From Escherichia phage wV7, in sequence record NC_019505.1: a stretch of DNA of 64,000 bases; one strand, written 5' to 3'. Under the pieces are notes generated by a model. It made no database searches. It was given only the letters and a program-made list of their open reading frames with translations, and was not told the origin of the DNA. Positions 27,809 through 37,464 of this stretch are shown here, in pieces (position 1 is the first letter of the stretch; the number at the start of each line of letters is the position of its first letter). A program made the translations under genes and the position numbers.

Positions 27809-28270
27809 TCATTGAGTTTTAATTACTGCTTTAGAAGCCTTTCCTGGTAAACGACGACTGTTGATAATTGCCATTCTACATTGAAGTGACGGGTCTTTGA
27901 ACTTCGCATTAGGTTTACAAACCGTAAATCCAAGCCAAAGATTTCCATCTGTAATTTCCAAACGCCCAGGACGATATTCAACCCCATCAATAAAATCCTC
28001 GTCAATGTCAGGACGCGGAGGCATACTCAGGAATTCATTAACTTCTAAAACATGGTCTTTTATTTTGTGGAATAATTCAAAAACATATGTCTCATCAATC
28101 TCCCGTTGAATTGCACGATCAAGAAGATGTTGAGAATATTTTAGATGAAACGATGAGACTCCTGCTGCTTTTGATGCCTCACGAATCTCATTGTTAATTT
28201 GACGAAACTCCGACTCAAAATGACGACGAAGCTTATTTCGACGGATAAAAACTTCTGTATTGATAGTCAT
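27809..28270 (-). CDS. regB: Site-specific endoribonuclease RegB
   Basis: 153 aa; matches recalled T4 RegB size and N-terminus; own early promoter with perfect extended -10. Confidence 0.85.
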   Translation of the reverse strand: MTINTEVFIRRNKLRRHFESEFRQINNEIREASKAAGVSSFHLKYSQHLLDRAIQREIDETYVFELFHKIKDHVLEVNEFLSMPPRPDIDEDFIDGVEYRPGRLEITDGNLWLGFTVCKPNAKFKDPSLQCRMAIINSRRLPGKASKAVIKTQ

Positions 28271-28287
28271 GTTGTTCTCCTCTTAAC

Positions 28288-28317
28288 TGATAGAAAAATT
28301 ATACCACAGTCAAGAGG
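28288..28317 (-). promoter_or_regulatory. T4-type early promoter of regB
   Basis: GTTTAC -35 and TGgTATAAT perfect extended -10, 18 nt upstream of regB ATG. Confidence 0.7.
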
Positions 28318-28329
28318 AAAAGTAAACAG

Positions 28330-28650
28330 TTATTCTTTAAATCTAATCAATTTATTCATAGACTTTGAAACTTCTGCACGAACCTCGTGTAGATTTTTAA
28401 GCTGTTCAAGACGTTGCTCATAGTAAGCAATTTCATCTTCTTCGAGGCAGTCCTGTGAATCTTCTTTAAGATAACGTGCATAGTCCTGGAAAGCTTTACG
28501 GACTACTTCCTGGAAATCATCAAGACTTTGAATTTTCTTAGGAGCAACAGATACACGACGAGGGGCAGTATAATACTCATAACCAAACCCTGCGCTTAAT
28601 TGAGCCATTAGTATTTTTCCTCTGGTTGGAACACTGCGCGACAAGCCCAC
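28330..28650 (-). CDS. Hypothetical protein (vs.3 position)
   Basis: 106-aa ORF. Confidence 0.5.
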   Translation of the reverse strand: MGLSRSVPTRGKILMAQLSAGFGYEYYTAPRRVSVAPKKIQSLDDFQEVVRKAFQDYARYLKEDSQDCLEEDEIAYYEQRLEQLKNLHEVRAEVSKSMNKLIRFKE

Positions 28651-28910
28651 ATACTAGCTTCTTTGAGTTTCGTTTTAGCAATAGTTAACTGATCGAGGCT
28701 TTCAGCATAATTCTTCGCGAGTTCATCATCTTCACAGCTATCGAATGCTTCCCAGAATTCATCGTATAAAGCATCAAAGATAAGTCCTAAACGAACTTCA
28801 GCGTCTTTGATAGCATTCACTTTACCGATTTTCTCTTCAGTATGCGGCTTATAACCTTTAATGTCTTCAATCATATTTGACTTCCTCACCAGTACATAAA
28901 TCATATTCAA
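28608..28910 (-). CDS. Small protein at vs.4 position (possible Acb2-like cyclic-nucleotide sponge); start uncertain
   Basis: About 90-100 aa acidic protein; assignment is positional only (T4 vs.4 is Acb2). Confidence 0.45.
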   Translation of the reverse strand: MNMIYVLVRKSNMIEDIKGYKPHTEEKIGKVNAIKDAEVRLGLIFDALYDEFWEAFDSCEDDELAKNYAESLDQLTIAKTKLKEASMWACRAVFQPEEKY

Positions 28911-29088
28911 CTAAACGAATAGGTTCATGAATGCCATATCCTTGAACAGAAATTTCTGTCGTAGGATAAATTCCATCAATATCACCCATATTCCAGGCTT
29001 CATTAAATTGCTGTTCGCCTGAATTACTAAACCACTCGGCGAAAGCATTTAGCACATCTTTAGAACCTTCAATAATTATCTTTGCCAT
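28867..29088 (-). CDS. Hypothetical small protein
   Basis: 73-aa ORF. Confidence 0.45.
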   Translation of the reverse strand: MAKIIIEGSKDVLNAFAEWFSNSGEQQFNEAWNMGDIDGIYPTTEISVQGYGIHEPIRLVEYDLCTGEEVKYD

Positions 29089-29450
29089 TACAAACTCTCA
29101 GTAAAGGTACGAGCGATAACGTCGCGCTGCTGTTCCGGAGTCAGAGAGTTAAAGCGAACTGCATAACCGGATACACGGATGGTCAGCTGCGGATATTTTT
29201 CCGGATGCTTAACTGCATCTTCCAGAGTTTCACGACGCAGAACGTTAACGTTCAGGTGTTGACCACCTTCAATTTTAACTGTAGGTTGTGTTTCAATTTC
29301 AATTTCACGGGCATGCAAACCGTAGAAAATTTCTGGGTCTACAAAAGAGTCCTCTTTAAAGGTTTTAGAGACAATAATTCGTGCTTGAATACCATCTTCA
29401 AAATAAATAGTACCTTTATGTGTGCCTTCAAGAATTTGATATGCTTTCAT
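29088..29450 (-). CDS. Autonomous glycyl-radical cofactor, GrcA/YfiD-like
   Basis: 120 aa; C-terminal [59 protein letters not shown] matches the E. coli GrcA C-terminus as I recall it; GC-rich 3' half. Confidence 0.8.
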   Translation of the reverse strand: MKAYQILEGTHKGTIYFEDGIQARIIVSKTFKEDSFVDPEIFYGLHAREIEIETQPTVKIEGGQHLNVNVLRRETLEDAVKHPEKYPQLTIRVSGYAVRFNSLTPEQQRDVIARTFTESL

Positions 29451-29457
29451 ATAAACC

Positions 29458-29787
29458 TCAATTAGAAAATAAATTTATCCAAGATTGTTCTTTAATTAAA
29501 AATGGCTCAGAATCATATGCCATTAAACTTTGGGTGATTAGTCCTTTAAAAGGTCCATCAATAAATTCCATGGTAAAATATGGAATTTTATTCATTAACT
29601 GCGCGTTAGGAGCAGTGCACAAAACTCTGCATCCTTTGAATACGCCTTTTTGTAATTTGTATTGCTTGGGATAAAATTCGCTCAAAATGTTATTATTTGC
29701 CAAAATTTCAAAATGATTCACCAATTTATTTTTAATAGTTTTTGGCGAAAAATAAAGATATTCGAAAAGCTGTGTGTCTGTCATCAT
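29458..29787 (-). CDS. Hypothetical protein
   Basis: 109-aa ORF. Confidence 0.5.
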   Translation of the reverse strand: MMTDTQLFEYLYFSPKTIKNKLVNHFEILANNNILSEFYPKQYKLQKGVFKGCRVLCTAPNAQLMNKIPYFTMEFIDGPFKGLITQSLMAYDSEPFLIKEQSWINLFSN

Positions 29788-30374
29788 TGCATTCCAATCA
29801 CAAAAAATTGAGGACGAACTGTTTCACCTGTTTCAGCATTATAGCTTCGACAACAGTGTTGTACCGTTTTAATATGGATATTGTAAATCTTATCCATATC
29901 AGGAGCTTTAATAGGTTCGTCAATTATGTACAAGATACGAGAAAGCGATAACCCACGGAATTTATGACCTTCATTACCGATAAAACTACGGACAGAATCA
30001 GTAAATAAACGGAATCGAATATCATCATTAGAATAACGCGAAAATTCCTTTTTAATGTTATTTGCAGAAATTTTAGCGTAAGCTGAAGTATTAGAAAGAA
30101 CAATAACTGTTCCGCCATCATACAGCCAATTAGCAGCAAAGTTAGTCACAGCAATTGATTTACCGGATTGACGTCCACCATCTATACGAAGTGTGCAGTA
30201 CTGTTTGAGCACATCTTCCATTGGTGGAAGATAATCATTCTTACAAATTTCTTCTACTCTAGCATCAGAATGGTGTGTAAAAGCATTCATCAGGGATAGA
30301 TAAGGACCAGTTAAAAATGTTCTCATTTTATTCTCTCTAAGTTTGGGCCATTCCGTGGCGCATGAATTGTCCAT
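29784..30374 (-). CDS. Small P-loop NTPase of unknown function
   Basis: 196 aa; Walker A GGRQSGKS and Walker B-like ILYIIDE. Confidence 0.55.
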   Translation of the reverse strand: MDNSCATEWPKLRENKMRTFLTGPYLSLMNAFTHHSDARVEEICKNDYLPPMEDVLKQYCTLRIDGGRQSGKSIAVTNFAANWLYDGGTVIVLSNTSAYAKISANNIKKEFSRYSNDDIRFRLFTDSVRSFIGNEGHKFRGLSLSRILYIIDEPIKAPDMDKIYNIHIKTVQHCCRSYNAETGETVRPQFFVIGMQ

Positions 30375-30467
30375 TTCTGTATTTACCCATTACCGCACTT
30401 GGGCTCGACCTTATCACAGGTTGGCGGGAATCCCTCACAGAATCATGAGGTCCAGGTTGTTCCCATA

Positions 30468-30941
30468 TTATTTGAACGATTTAACGTACTGAATAGAACC
30501 CTTACTATTCACAAAGGCAATTTTACCATTTTTATTATACATGGTAGCAGTACGCTGATAACCATAGGTTTGTTTACCAGATTGATAACCAACTAATGCA
30601 AAATTATCTTCACCCATTTTATTCTGTTTAGCGCGAATGCGTTCATGACCATGTGCCATAAGAACCTTAGCATCACCAGTTGCAATGGATCGACGAGTTT
30701 TTTCATCTTCAACTGCATTAACAAAGTCGTCAAATGAATCAAATTTAGCATGAGATTTATTATACAATTTTCCATCTACTGCATAATTATATCCCTGTAC
30801 ATCCATCTCAACTTCTGTACCATCATCCAATACAGCAGTAATTTTTTGACCTTTTTTAAATTTCAAAAGATCAGTAAAAGATTCAGCAATAATTTGAGAA
30901 TTAATAGCTGCTTCAGTGATAAATTCTTGATATGTTTTCAT
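30468..30941 (-). CDS. Internal head protein-like, with capsid targeting sequence
   Basis: 157 aa; N-terminus MKTYQEFITEAA is the T4 internal-protein leader with an L/I-x-E prohead-protease site; sits directly downstream of denV. Confidence 0.7.
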   Translation of the reverse strand: MKTYQEFITEAAINSQIIAESFTDLLKFKKGQKITAVLDDGTEVEMDVQGYNYAVDGKLYNKSHAKFDSFDDFVNAVEDEKTRRSIATGDAKVLMAHGHERIRAKQNKMGEDNFALVGYQSGKQTYGYQRTATMYNKNGKIAFVNSKGSIQYVKSFK

Positions 30942-30950
30942 GGGTTTCCT

Positions 30951-31367
30951 TTAAATGTAAATATTTTTACCGTAATACTTATACCAATGCGGTTTCATTA
31001 AAATTTTTTCATCAAGTCGTTGTTGACTCAATTTAATAGCTGATTTGCATGGATTATAATCATTTTTCCATTCTATTGGAATATCGCTGATGTCAGGAAC
31101 TTCAGTATCTTTTATACTGAACCCGCGTTTTAAGCATTCCGTTATAATGTCTAATTGACGCTTTCGCAAAAATTCTAACTTATCGTAAAAGAACGTAACA
31201 TGACCAGAACCTAAAATAAACTCGGAAGATATTTTAAAATCTTTAACGCGCTTACCGTTTGCCACATGCTTACGAACTATACCAAAAACACGCGGCAATT
31301 CACGGTATTCTGCGATTAAATGTTGATCAGCAAGTTCAGATACTAAAGTCAAATTAATACGAGTCAT
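30951..31367 (-). CDS. denV: Endonuclease V (pyrimidine dimer DNA glycosylase)
   Basis: 138 aa; [17 protein letters not shown]...WYKYYGK closely matches recalled T4 endo V with several substitutions. Confidence 0.9.
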   Translation of the reverse strand: MTRINLTLVSELADQHLIAEYRELPRVFGIVRKHVANGKRVKDFKISSEFILGSGHVTFFYDKLEFLRKRQLDIITECLKRGFSIKDTEVPDISDIPIEWKNDYNPCKSAIKLSQQRLDEKILMKPHWYKYYGKNIYI

Positions 31368-31392
31368 TTTATCCCTCCAAGTAACTGTGAAT

Positions 31393-31422
31393 ATACTATC
31401 ACAATTCTAGGAGAAAGTAAAC
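31393..31422 (-). promoter_or_regulatory. T4-type early promoter of denV
   Basis: GTTTAC -35 and TGaTAGTAT extended -10. Confidence 0.55.
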
Positions 31423-31426
31423 AACT

Positions 31427-32395
<969 letters not shown>

Positions 32396-32414
<19 letters not shown>

Positions 32415-32884
32415 TCAGTGATAAAGTTATTTAAATTTTGAGTATATTTCTTTTCATCAAAAATCTTTTGTTGTCTGCGTAGCCGCCATGGCATTTCAAT
32501 GAACGTGTACCATATCCCAGATAATATTGCTGCAGTAAAAATATTAACAAGTATGGTTAAAAGAATCCAATCTCCTATTCTGTCCATTGGATTTTTTATA
32601 AAAAAGTAAAATACGAATGATGTCACAGGAAGACTAATAATATACCACAGAATCATAATTTTATCTGTGAACCAATCAGCGTTCGTTAACTTAGCGCGAC
32701 CATTATGAATACACACGAATTTATCATCTGTTATAATAGATGGCTTAGCTGCTTGATATCCCATTCTAAACTCCCTAATCAACAAATTTTTCATATCTTC
32801 GGAACAACCATTCCAGTCAACTCTATCAACTGAAATGCCATCATCCCCATCATCTAAATCATACCAGCGAGTTTTTAAAATCAT
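32396..32884 (-). CDS. Membrane protein
   Basis: 162 aa with two or three TM helices. Confidence 0.5.
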
Positions 32885-33255
32885 TTAATTTTCCTACAAT
32901 CACTCACAAACTCTTCCATTGATTCTTTTTCAATATAAGACATGTAGCTATTATATTCCTTTAATTGTATTTTGTAATCCTTTTTTCTTTGCCAATTTAT
33001 TTTAAAATTATCATAATGAAAATATAACATTGTACCAAAGAATGAAAATAATGAAATCGCTATAGTATAATGAAGTTCACTCCAAACTTCTATTATATCT
33101 ATTATACCGCTGACGTTACTACGGATGTTTAAAATAAGACAGTCAATTAACAATCCAAAAAGACTACCCGCAAGAGCTGTAGCCAACGCTACAGCAAAAA
33201 TTAAAAATGACTCAGGAAGAGAATATTTGACTTTATTTAGTTTTGGCTTTTGCAT
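32881..33255 (-). CDS. Membrane protein
   Basis: 124 aa with two TM helices. Confidence 0.5.
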   Translation of the reverse strand: MQKPKLNKVKYSLPESFLIFAVALATALAGSLFGLLIDCLILNIRSNVSGIIDIIEVWSELHYTIAISLFSFFGTMLYFHYDNFKINWQRKKDYKIQLKEYNSYMSYIEKESMEEFVSDCRKIK

Positions 33256-33650
33256 CGTGATTCCTTAACAAATTTCATAATTTCATCAAATTCATGCGCA
33301 GCAAGTTTAAGCTGATGTTCCTTTTTAATCTTTTTACACTGAGCTTTCCAATCACGTACACGTTTACGATAGTGTCTTCCTTGATACCAATATCCTATCC
33401 AATTTATAGGTACTAATAAAAGCGGAACTACCAACGGAAGAATTAGTGTTGCTCCAAATATTGCACCAGATTCAATATCAGTCATAACGTCTATAACCAT
33501 TCCAGCAATCACCAGAATCACAAATGATACAACTACCACAGGACCTATTAACACATCAGTAGAAATTATCTGACGCTTTAATTCATACTTCAACGGTTTA
33601 CTTGGAAGGTATAGTGATGGTTTTGACATATTCTCTACATTCCTTAACAA
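33237..33650 (-). CDS. Membrane protein
   Basis: 137 aa with two TM helices. Confidence 0.5.
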   Translation of the reverse strand: MLRNVENMSKPSLYLPSKPLKYELKRQIISTDVLIGPVVVVSFVILVIAGMVIDVMTDIESGAIFGATLILPLVVPLLLVPINWIGYWYQGRHYRKRVRDWKAQCKKIKKEHQLKLAAHEFDEIMKFVKESRCKSQN

Positions 33651-34206
33651 ATTTTTCTAATAATAAATCGCTTTCAAAATTGGGATTTTCTACGAATTTA
33701 TCAAAAAGATCATCGACAATAGTTAAGATATTCTTTTTACTAAGAATACGTTTATTTTCATATTTTGTTTCAGAGTCAACTATAAGAGTAAAGAAATATT
33801 TCTTGCCCTGAAATTTTACAGTAGTATCAATATAGAATAAATTTGACTTTTGTAAATTACGTTTAAACCATGCATCACTTAAACTATAAACGCCAAGATA
33901 ATCATAATCGTCGTTTAAATAACAGACCGTCCATTCAGGAGAAACAAAATCAGTAAATTCAACGTCAAAATCGCATGTTAATAAATGAATTGATTCAATA
34001 CTGTTAATAAGTATTCCAGGACGTATTAAAGACTTTTTACCTCTAGAAAATCTTCCAGAAAGATTTTCAACAGTTTCATATGAAGAACCCCAATAATAAT
34101 TACGTCCTTCTGCCATACGTTTAAGAGCATTTAATAATTGGTCTGGAACATCAACCTGTCTTTGGAACTCTTCAAACATTGAATTGAAATCACTTTGCAT
34201 TTTCAT
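33598..34206 (-). CDS. Hypothetical protein
   Basis: 202-aa ORF. Confidence 0.5.
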   Translation of the reverse strand: MKMQSDFNSMFEEFQRQVDVPDQLLNALKRMAEGRNYYWGSSYETVENLSGRFSRGKKSLIRPGILINSIESIHLLTCDFDVEFTDFVSPEWTVCYLNDDYDYLGVYSLSDAWFKRNLQKSNLFYIDTTVKFQGKKYFFTLIVDSETKYENKRILSKKNILTIVDDLFDKFVENPNFESDLLLEKFVKECREYVKTITIPSK

Positions 34207-34226
34207 TCCTACTTACTCCAAGTAAT

Positions 34227-34242
34227 AGGGGCCGAAGCCCCT
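34227..34242 (-). terminator. UUCG-tetraloop RNA hairpin
   Basis: Minus RNA AGGGGC-UUCG-GCCCCU; no U-run. Confidence 0.35.
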
Positions 34243-34247
34243 TATCA

Positions 34248-34841
34248 TTATTTCAGAGAATTAATATATTCCTGAACATCGGCAGAGGTAGTTTCAACCC
34301 CAGAAATATTACCATTAAAGGTTTCAACTCGAGCAAGAGTATCTTCAATATCAACCTTAGTCAGTGCTGCAATTTCAACTACATCATCAGCAGTACTAAT
34401 TCCAAGGGCATTCGCGGCGCGAGTTTCACGGATATATTCCAATTTAACTGCAAGTTCTTGGCGAGCATCATCTAACTCAACTACTTTCTTGGCAATTTCA
34501 ATTCGCATTTCAGCATAACCATCAGCTTTAGTAGTCAACTGCTCAGCTGTTCGACGATATAGTAAACCGAGTTTAGCATGCATTGTTACATCTTGACCTT
34601 CAGAAAGGAGCTTGCGAATTTCACGCTCTTTTGATTCGGCCTGCTTATTCTTTTCGACAATAAGTTCACGAATACGCTTTTCTTCATTAATAGATTTAAC
34701 AGAAGCAGTTTTTAGATCTTTAATTTTATCAAGCAATTTTGCTGCTGCGGCAGTATACTGCTCTTCAACAGATAGATTTTTAGCCATAGCAGAACCAAGT
34801 TTAGTGCGAATAAACTCAACAATTTTTTTCAGTGTGTTCAT
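34248..34841 (-). CDS. Coiled-coil protein (weak PspA/IM30-like resemblance)
   Basis: 197 aa, charged heptad-rich; resemblance to PspA is compositional only. Confidence 0.5.
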
Positions 34842-34884
34842 AGTATTTCCTTAGGTTGATTAGAAATTAAAATCTGCAGAAGAA

Positions 34885-35418
34885 TTATATCATGCTACTT
34901 AAGAGATGTAAACTATTTTTAATTTTACAAATTCGTTCAGCTTCTTCAACAGCGGCAGTGATAATGCTTTTAGCTATAGGAGTACTAATATTAGTAGCTT
35001 TTACACTTAACACGATTTCTTTATCTTTACCAGGCCAACCCCACGATTTTTCACCATGAGTGCCTTTAATTACAGCAGACACCTCAAGTGAGCATCCATT
35101 ATCGCATGTTTTTACATTAACAACCCAAGTGTCACTTTTCTCAACCGGTTTATCCCAGTAAATATTAAGAATACGTGGGACATCAAATTTAGCAGGGCAA
35201 ATCTTAACCGTAAGACCTTCGCTTTCTAGCCAATTAATAAGAGGGCGTTCATACATGCGGCGATGTGGGCTTTGAACTCGACAAGCTTTGTACCCATTGC
35301 TTGCGGCTTCACTAAGCTCTTCTAATACATGCTTTTGCATTATTGATAAGATACCATCAAAAGATTTTTCGGAAGTTTCATTCAGTTCGGTATAAAGAGA
35401 CATAACAGTTTTCCTCAA
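34885..35418 (-). CDS. Hypothetical protein
   Basis: 177-aa ORF. Confidence 0.5.
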   Translation of the reverse strand: MRKTVMSLYTELNETSEKSFDGILSIMQKHVLEELSEAASNGYKACRVQSPHRRMYERPLINWLESEGLTVKICPAKFDVPRILNIYWDKPVEKSDTWVVNVKTCDNGCSLEVSAVIKGTHGEKSWGWPGKDKEIVLSVKATNISTPIAKSIITAAVEEAERICKIKNSLHLLSSMI

Positions 35419-35459
35419 ATTATAGGCTCATAATATCTCAATCATGAGCCTATGTAAAC

Positions 35460-35735
35460 TTATTTCATATTATTGAAATATTCTTCTGCGATTTCGTCGT
35501 TATCATGGTAAACTTTAGAAGACAGTTTAACATAACCTTCAGCAGTGAACATGTTAATCACAACCTTTACAGTATACCACTGACCATCTTCATTACCCAT
35601 TACTGCGTAAGTTTCAAACATCGGATGATCAGGACCGATAACTTTAATATCATTCACTGTACGACCAAAATCTTCTGAAACACATTTCATAAAGAAGTTG
35701 AACAGTTCACCGTAATTATCCATTTCATTCTCCAA
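35460..35735 (-). CDS. Hypothetical protein
   Basis: 91-aa ORF immediately downstream of an early promoter. Confidence 0.55.
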   Translation of the reverse strand: MENEMDNYGELFNFFMKCVSEDFGRTVNDIKVIGPDHPMFETYAVMGNEDGQWYTVKVVINMFTAEGYVKLSSKVYHDNDEIAEEYFNNMK

Positions 35736-35766
35736 GTTGTTTTCTGTATCAGTAGTTGATAGTTGT

Positions 35767-35796
35767 ATAGTACCATAGAAGAACAGGGATGTAAAC
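35767..35796 (-). promoter_or_regulatory. T4-type early promoter
   Basis: GTTTAC -35 and TGgTACTAT extended -10; A/T-rich upstream element. Confidence 0.6.
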
Positions 35797-35926
35797 AGTT
35801 TTGTGAAAAAATTTTTAAAAAGTTTTGGGGAATTCTAGGGCAGGGAGGGGAAATCAAAGGATAGGATAATATATTATAAAGGGTAGAAACTAAATGATGT
35901 CTAGAGAGGCCTGGAAAGGCCTAGAT

Positions 35927-35960
35927 ACCAAAAAGCCCCAACCTTTCGGCTAGGGCTAAG
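35927..35960. repeat. Direct repeat copy 1 flanking internal-protein cassette
   Basis: ACCAAAAAGCCCCAACCTTTCGG shared exactly with 36486-36508; 2-3 mismatches in the following 11 nt. Confidence 0.7.
35930..35955 (-). terminator. Rho-independent terminator downstream of cassette internal-protein gene (repeat copy 1)
   Basis: Minus RNA CCCUAGCC-GAAA-GGUUGGGG followed by CUUUUU. Confidence 0.6.
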
Positions 35961-35964
35961 AATG

Positions 35965-36438
35965 TTATTTGATTTGTTTAGCAGACCAAATGCGGTCTTT
36001 AATAATTTTTTGGATGTCTTCAACATACTCAAGAGAGTGAGCATGTGGATTATCTTTGAAACTATAAGCACGAGCTAGTTTTTGGCCTTCAGTTTTGATT
36101 ACTAAAAGCTCTTTAAGGATAGCTTCATATTTGGAGATAATTCCTTTAACAATATTTTTCTCTTGTGCGACTTTAGGATCTGCTTTAGGAGCAGGTTTAC
36201 CCGAAGCCTTTGCAAAAGCAGCGCCAGTAGCAACTAAACTTTTCCAGGCCATACTAACTGCATTTCCCGTAAATCCTTCCGCTTTCATGTCGCGTGCGAA
36301 CTGGAATCGCGATTCATCAGAAGCATCTTTATAAGAATATTTACCCGCTGCAATGGCTGCTTTTGCGACAGCTTGAATTTCGGTGCTAGATGCTTCATTT
36401 AACACCGCTTCATTTAAAAATTGAGTATATGATTTCAT
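35965..36438 (-). CDS. Internal head protein-like, with capsid targeting sequence (cassette gene)
   Basis: 157 aa; N-terminus MKSYTQFLNEAV is a leader variant; minus-strand TATAAATA 40 nt upstream; flanked by near-identical terminator repeats. Confidence 0.65.
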   Translation of the reverse strand: MKSYTQFLNEAVLNEASSTEIQAVAKAAIAAGKYSYKDASDESRFQFARDMKAEGFTGNAVSMAWKSLVATGAAFAKASGKPAPKADPKVAQEKNIVKGIISKYEAILKELLVIKTEGQKLARAYSFKDNPHAHSLEYVEDIQKIIKDRIWSAKQIK

Positions 36439-36478
36439 CTTATTTCCTGTTTTAATTCGTGGATTTAATATACTACTA

Positions 36479-36486
36479 TATTTATA
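36479..36486 (-). promoter_or_regulatory. Late promoter (TATAAATA) of cassette internal-protein gene
   Basis: Minus TATAAATA 40 nt upstream of ORF start 36438. Confidence 0.6.
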
Positions 36487-36519
36487 CCAAAAAGCCCCAA
36501 CCTTTCGGTCGGGGCTAAG
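36486..36519. repeat. Direct repeat copy 2 flanking internal-protein cassette
   Basis: Same 23-nt core as 35927-35949. Confidence 0.7.
36489..36514 (-). terminator. Rho-independent terminator upstream of cassette internal-protein gene (repeat copy 2)
   Basis: Minus RNA CCCCGACC-GAAA-GGUUGGGG followed by CUUUUU. Confidence 0.6.
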
Positions 36520-36825
36520 CCTTGCGGCAACCTTGTCGGGGTTCCACCTGCTAAGGCAAGTGTTTGTACGAAACGCCGGGATTCGAACCCGGTTATTAAG
36601 CAGTTGACGCTACTCAATATTTTTAAAAGGCCATATCTCGACCATATCCGAACGTTCCGTCAAAAACGCTACTCGGCTTACGGCAAAGATATTTCCTCGA
36701 ATCGATAATTCGGTGCGCCGTTTCTACTGTGATGTAAGAGGGCATCAATAAACGCAAAGATTATTAACGCAATTCCTTACTCAGGGAACATCAGTCCGAC
36801 GACTTACCGGTAGCGACCCGGTTTC
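36515..36825 (-). ncRNA. Candidate small stable RNA region with tRNA-like T-arm (possible analog of T4 RNA species 1/2)
   Basis: About 310 nt non-coding stretch downstream of tRNA-Arg; perfect T-arm-like hairpin CCGGGTTCGAATCCCGG near 36566-36592; ends at a terminator; boundaries not determined. Confidence 0.3.
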
Positions 36826-37176
36826 TTAATATTCTTTTAAAGCATCAATCTGTTTACGGCGTTCACGCCATAAATCAATTGCTTCATACGCGGATTCAAC
36901 ATTTCGAATTGGACGGCATTTATATAAAGATTTGTGATTTTGATATTGCGTAGATAACGGAATTTTATCTAAAAGGTCTTTACGTTCAAAGTATTCGTAA
37001 CCATCTAAGCCAAATGAACGATTTTTGAGAAATTGCCAATGACCAAATTCGTTTTGAATATAAATATAATCCGCATGTTGATAAAGTAAATTAATTTCAC
37101 GAAATGAGATATGTTTTTCATATTCATTGAAGTAAAATGTTAAATCATGAACTACTAAATAAACATTACCTTTCAT
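36826..37176 (-). CDS. Hypothetical protein inside tRNA region
   Basis: 116-aa ORF with strong GAGGAAAA RBS, just downstream of tRNA-Arg. Confidence 0.5.
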   Translation of the reverse strand: MKGNVYLVVHDLTFYFNEYEKHISFREINLLYQHADYIYIQNEFGHWQFLKNRSFGLDGYEYFERKDLLDKIPLSTQYQNHKSLYKCRPIRNVESAYEAIDLWRERRKQIDALKEY

Positions 37177-37194
37177 ATTTTCCTCACTTATAAT

Positions 37195-37270
37195 TGGTCG
37201 AGGCAGTAGGGATCGAACCTACGACCTAGGACTTAGAAGGTCCTTGCTCTTCCTTCTGAGCTATGCCCCG
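37195..37270 (-). tRNA. tRNA-Arg (anticodon UCU), CCA encoded
   Basis: Hand-folded cloverleaf: acceptor CGGGGCA/TGCCTCG, anticodon loop CTTCTAA, T-loop TTCGATC. Confidence 0.8.
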
Positions 37271-37274
37271 TAAT

Positions 37275-37350
37275 TGGGGTGACCGATGGGAGTCGAACCC
37301 ATGACTACGAGAATCACAATCTCGAGTTCTACCAACTGAACTACGGTCAC
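37275..37350 (-). tRNA. tRNA-His (anticodon GUG), CCA encoded
   Basis: Acceptor GTGACCG/CGGTCAC, anticodon stem CGAGA/TCTCG with loop TTGTGAT, discriminator C; no encoded G-1. Confidence 0.7.
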
Positions 37351-37464
37351 ATTAATACCTACTCCAACAATCAAGATGTCTTCACACGAAATTAAGAGAA
37401 GAGTGATCAGTTCAACCCCTATAATCGCGTCAAGTAGATATTAATGTGACAGTTGTCACAAATT

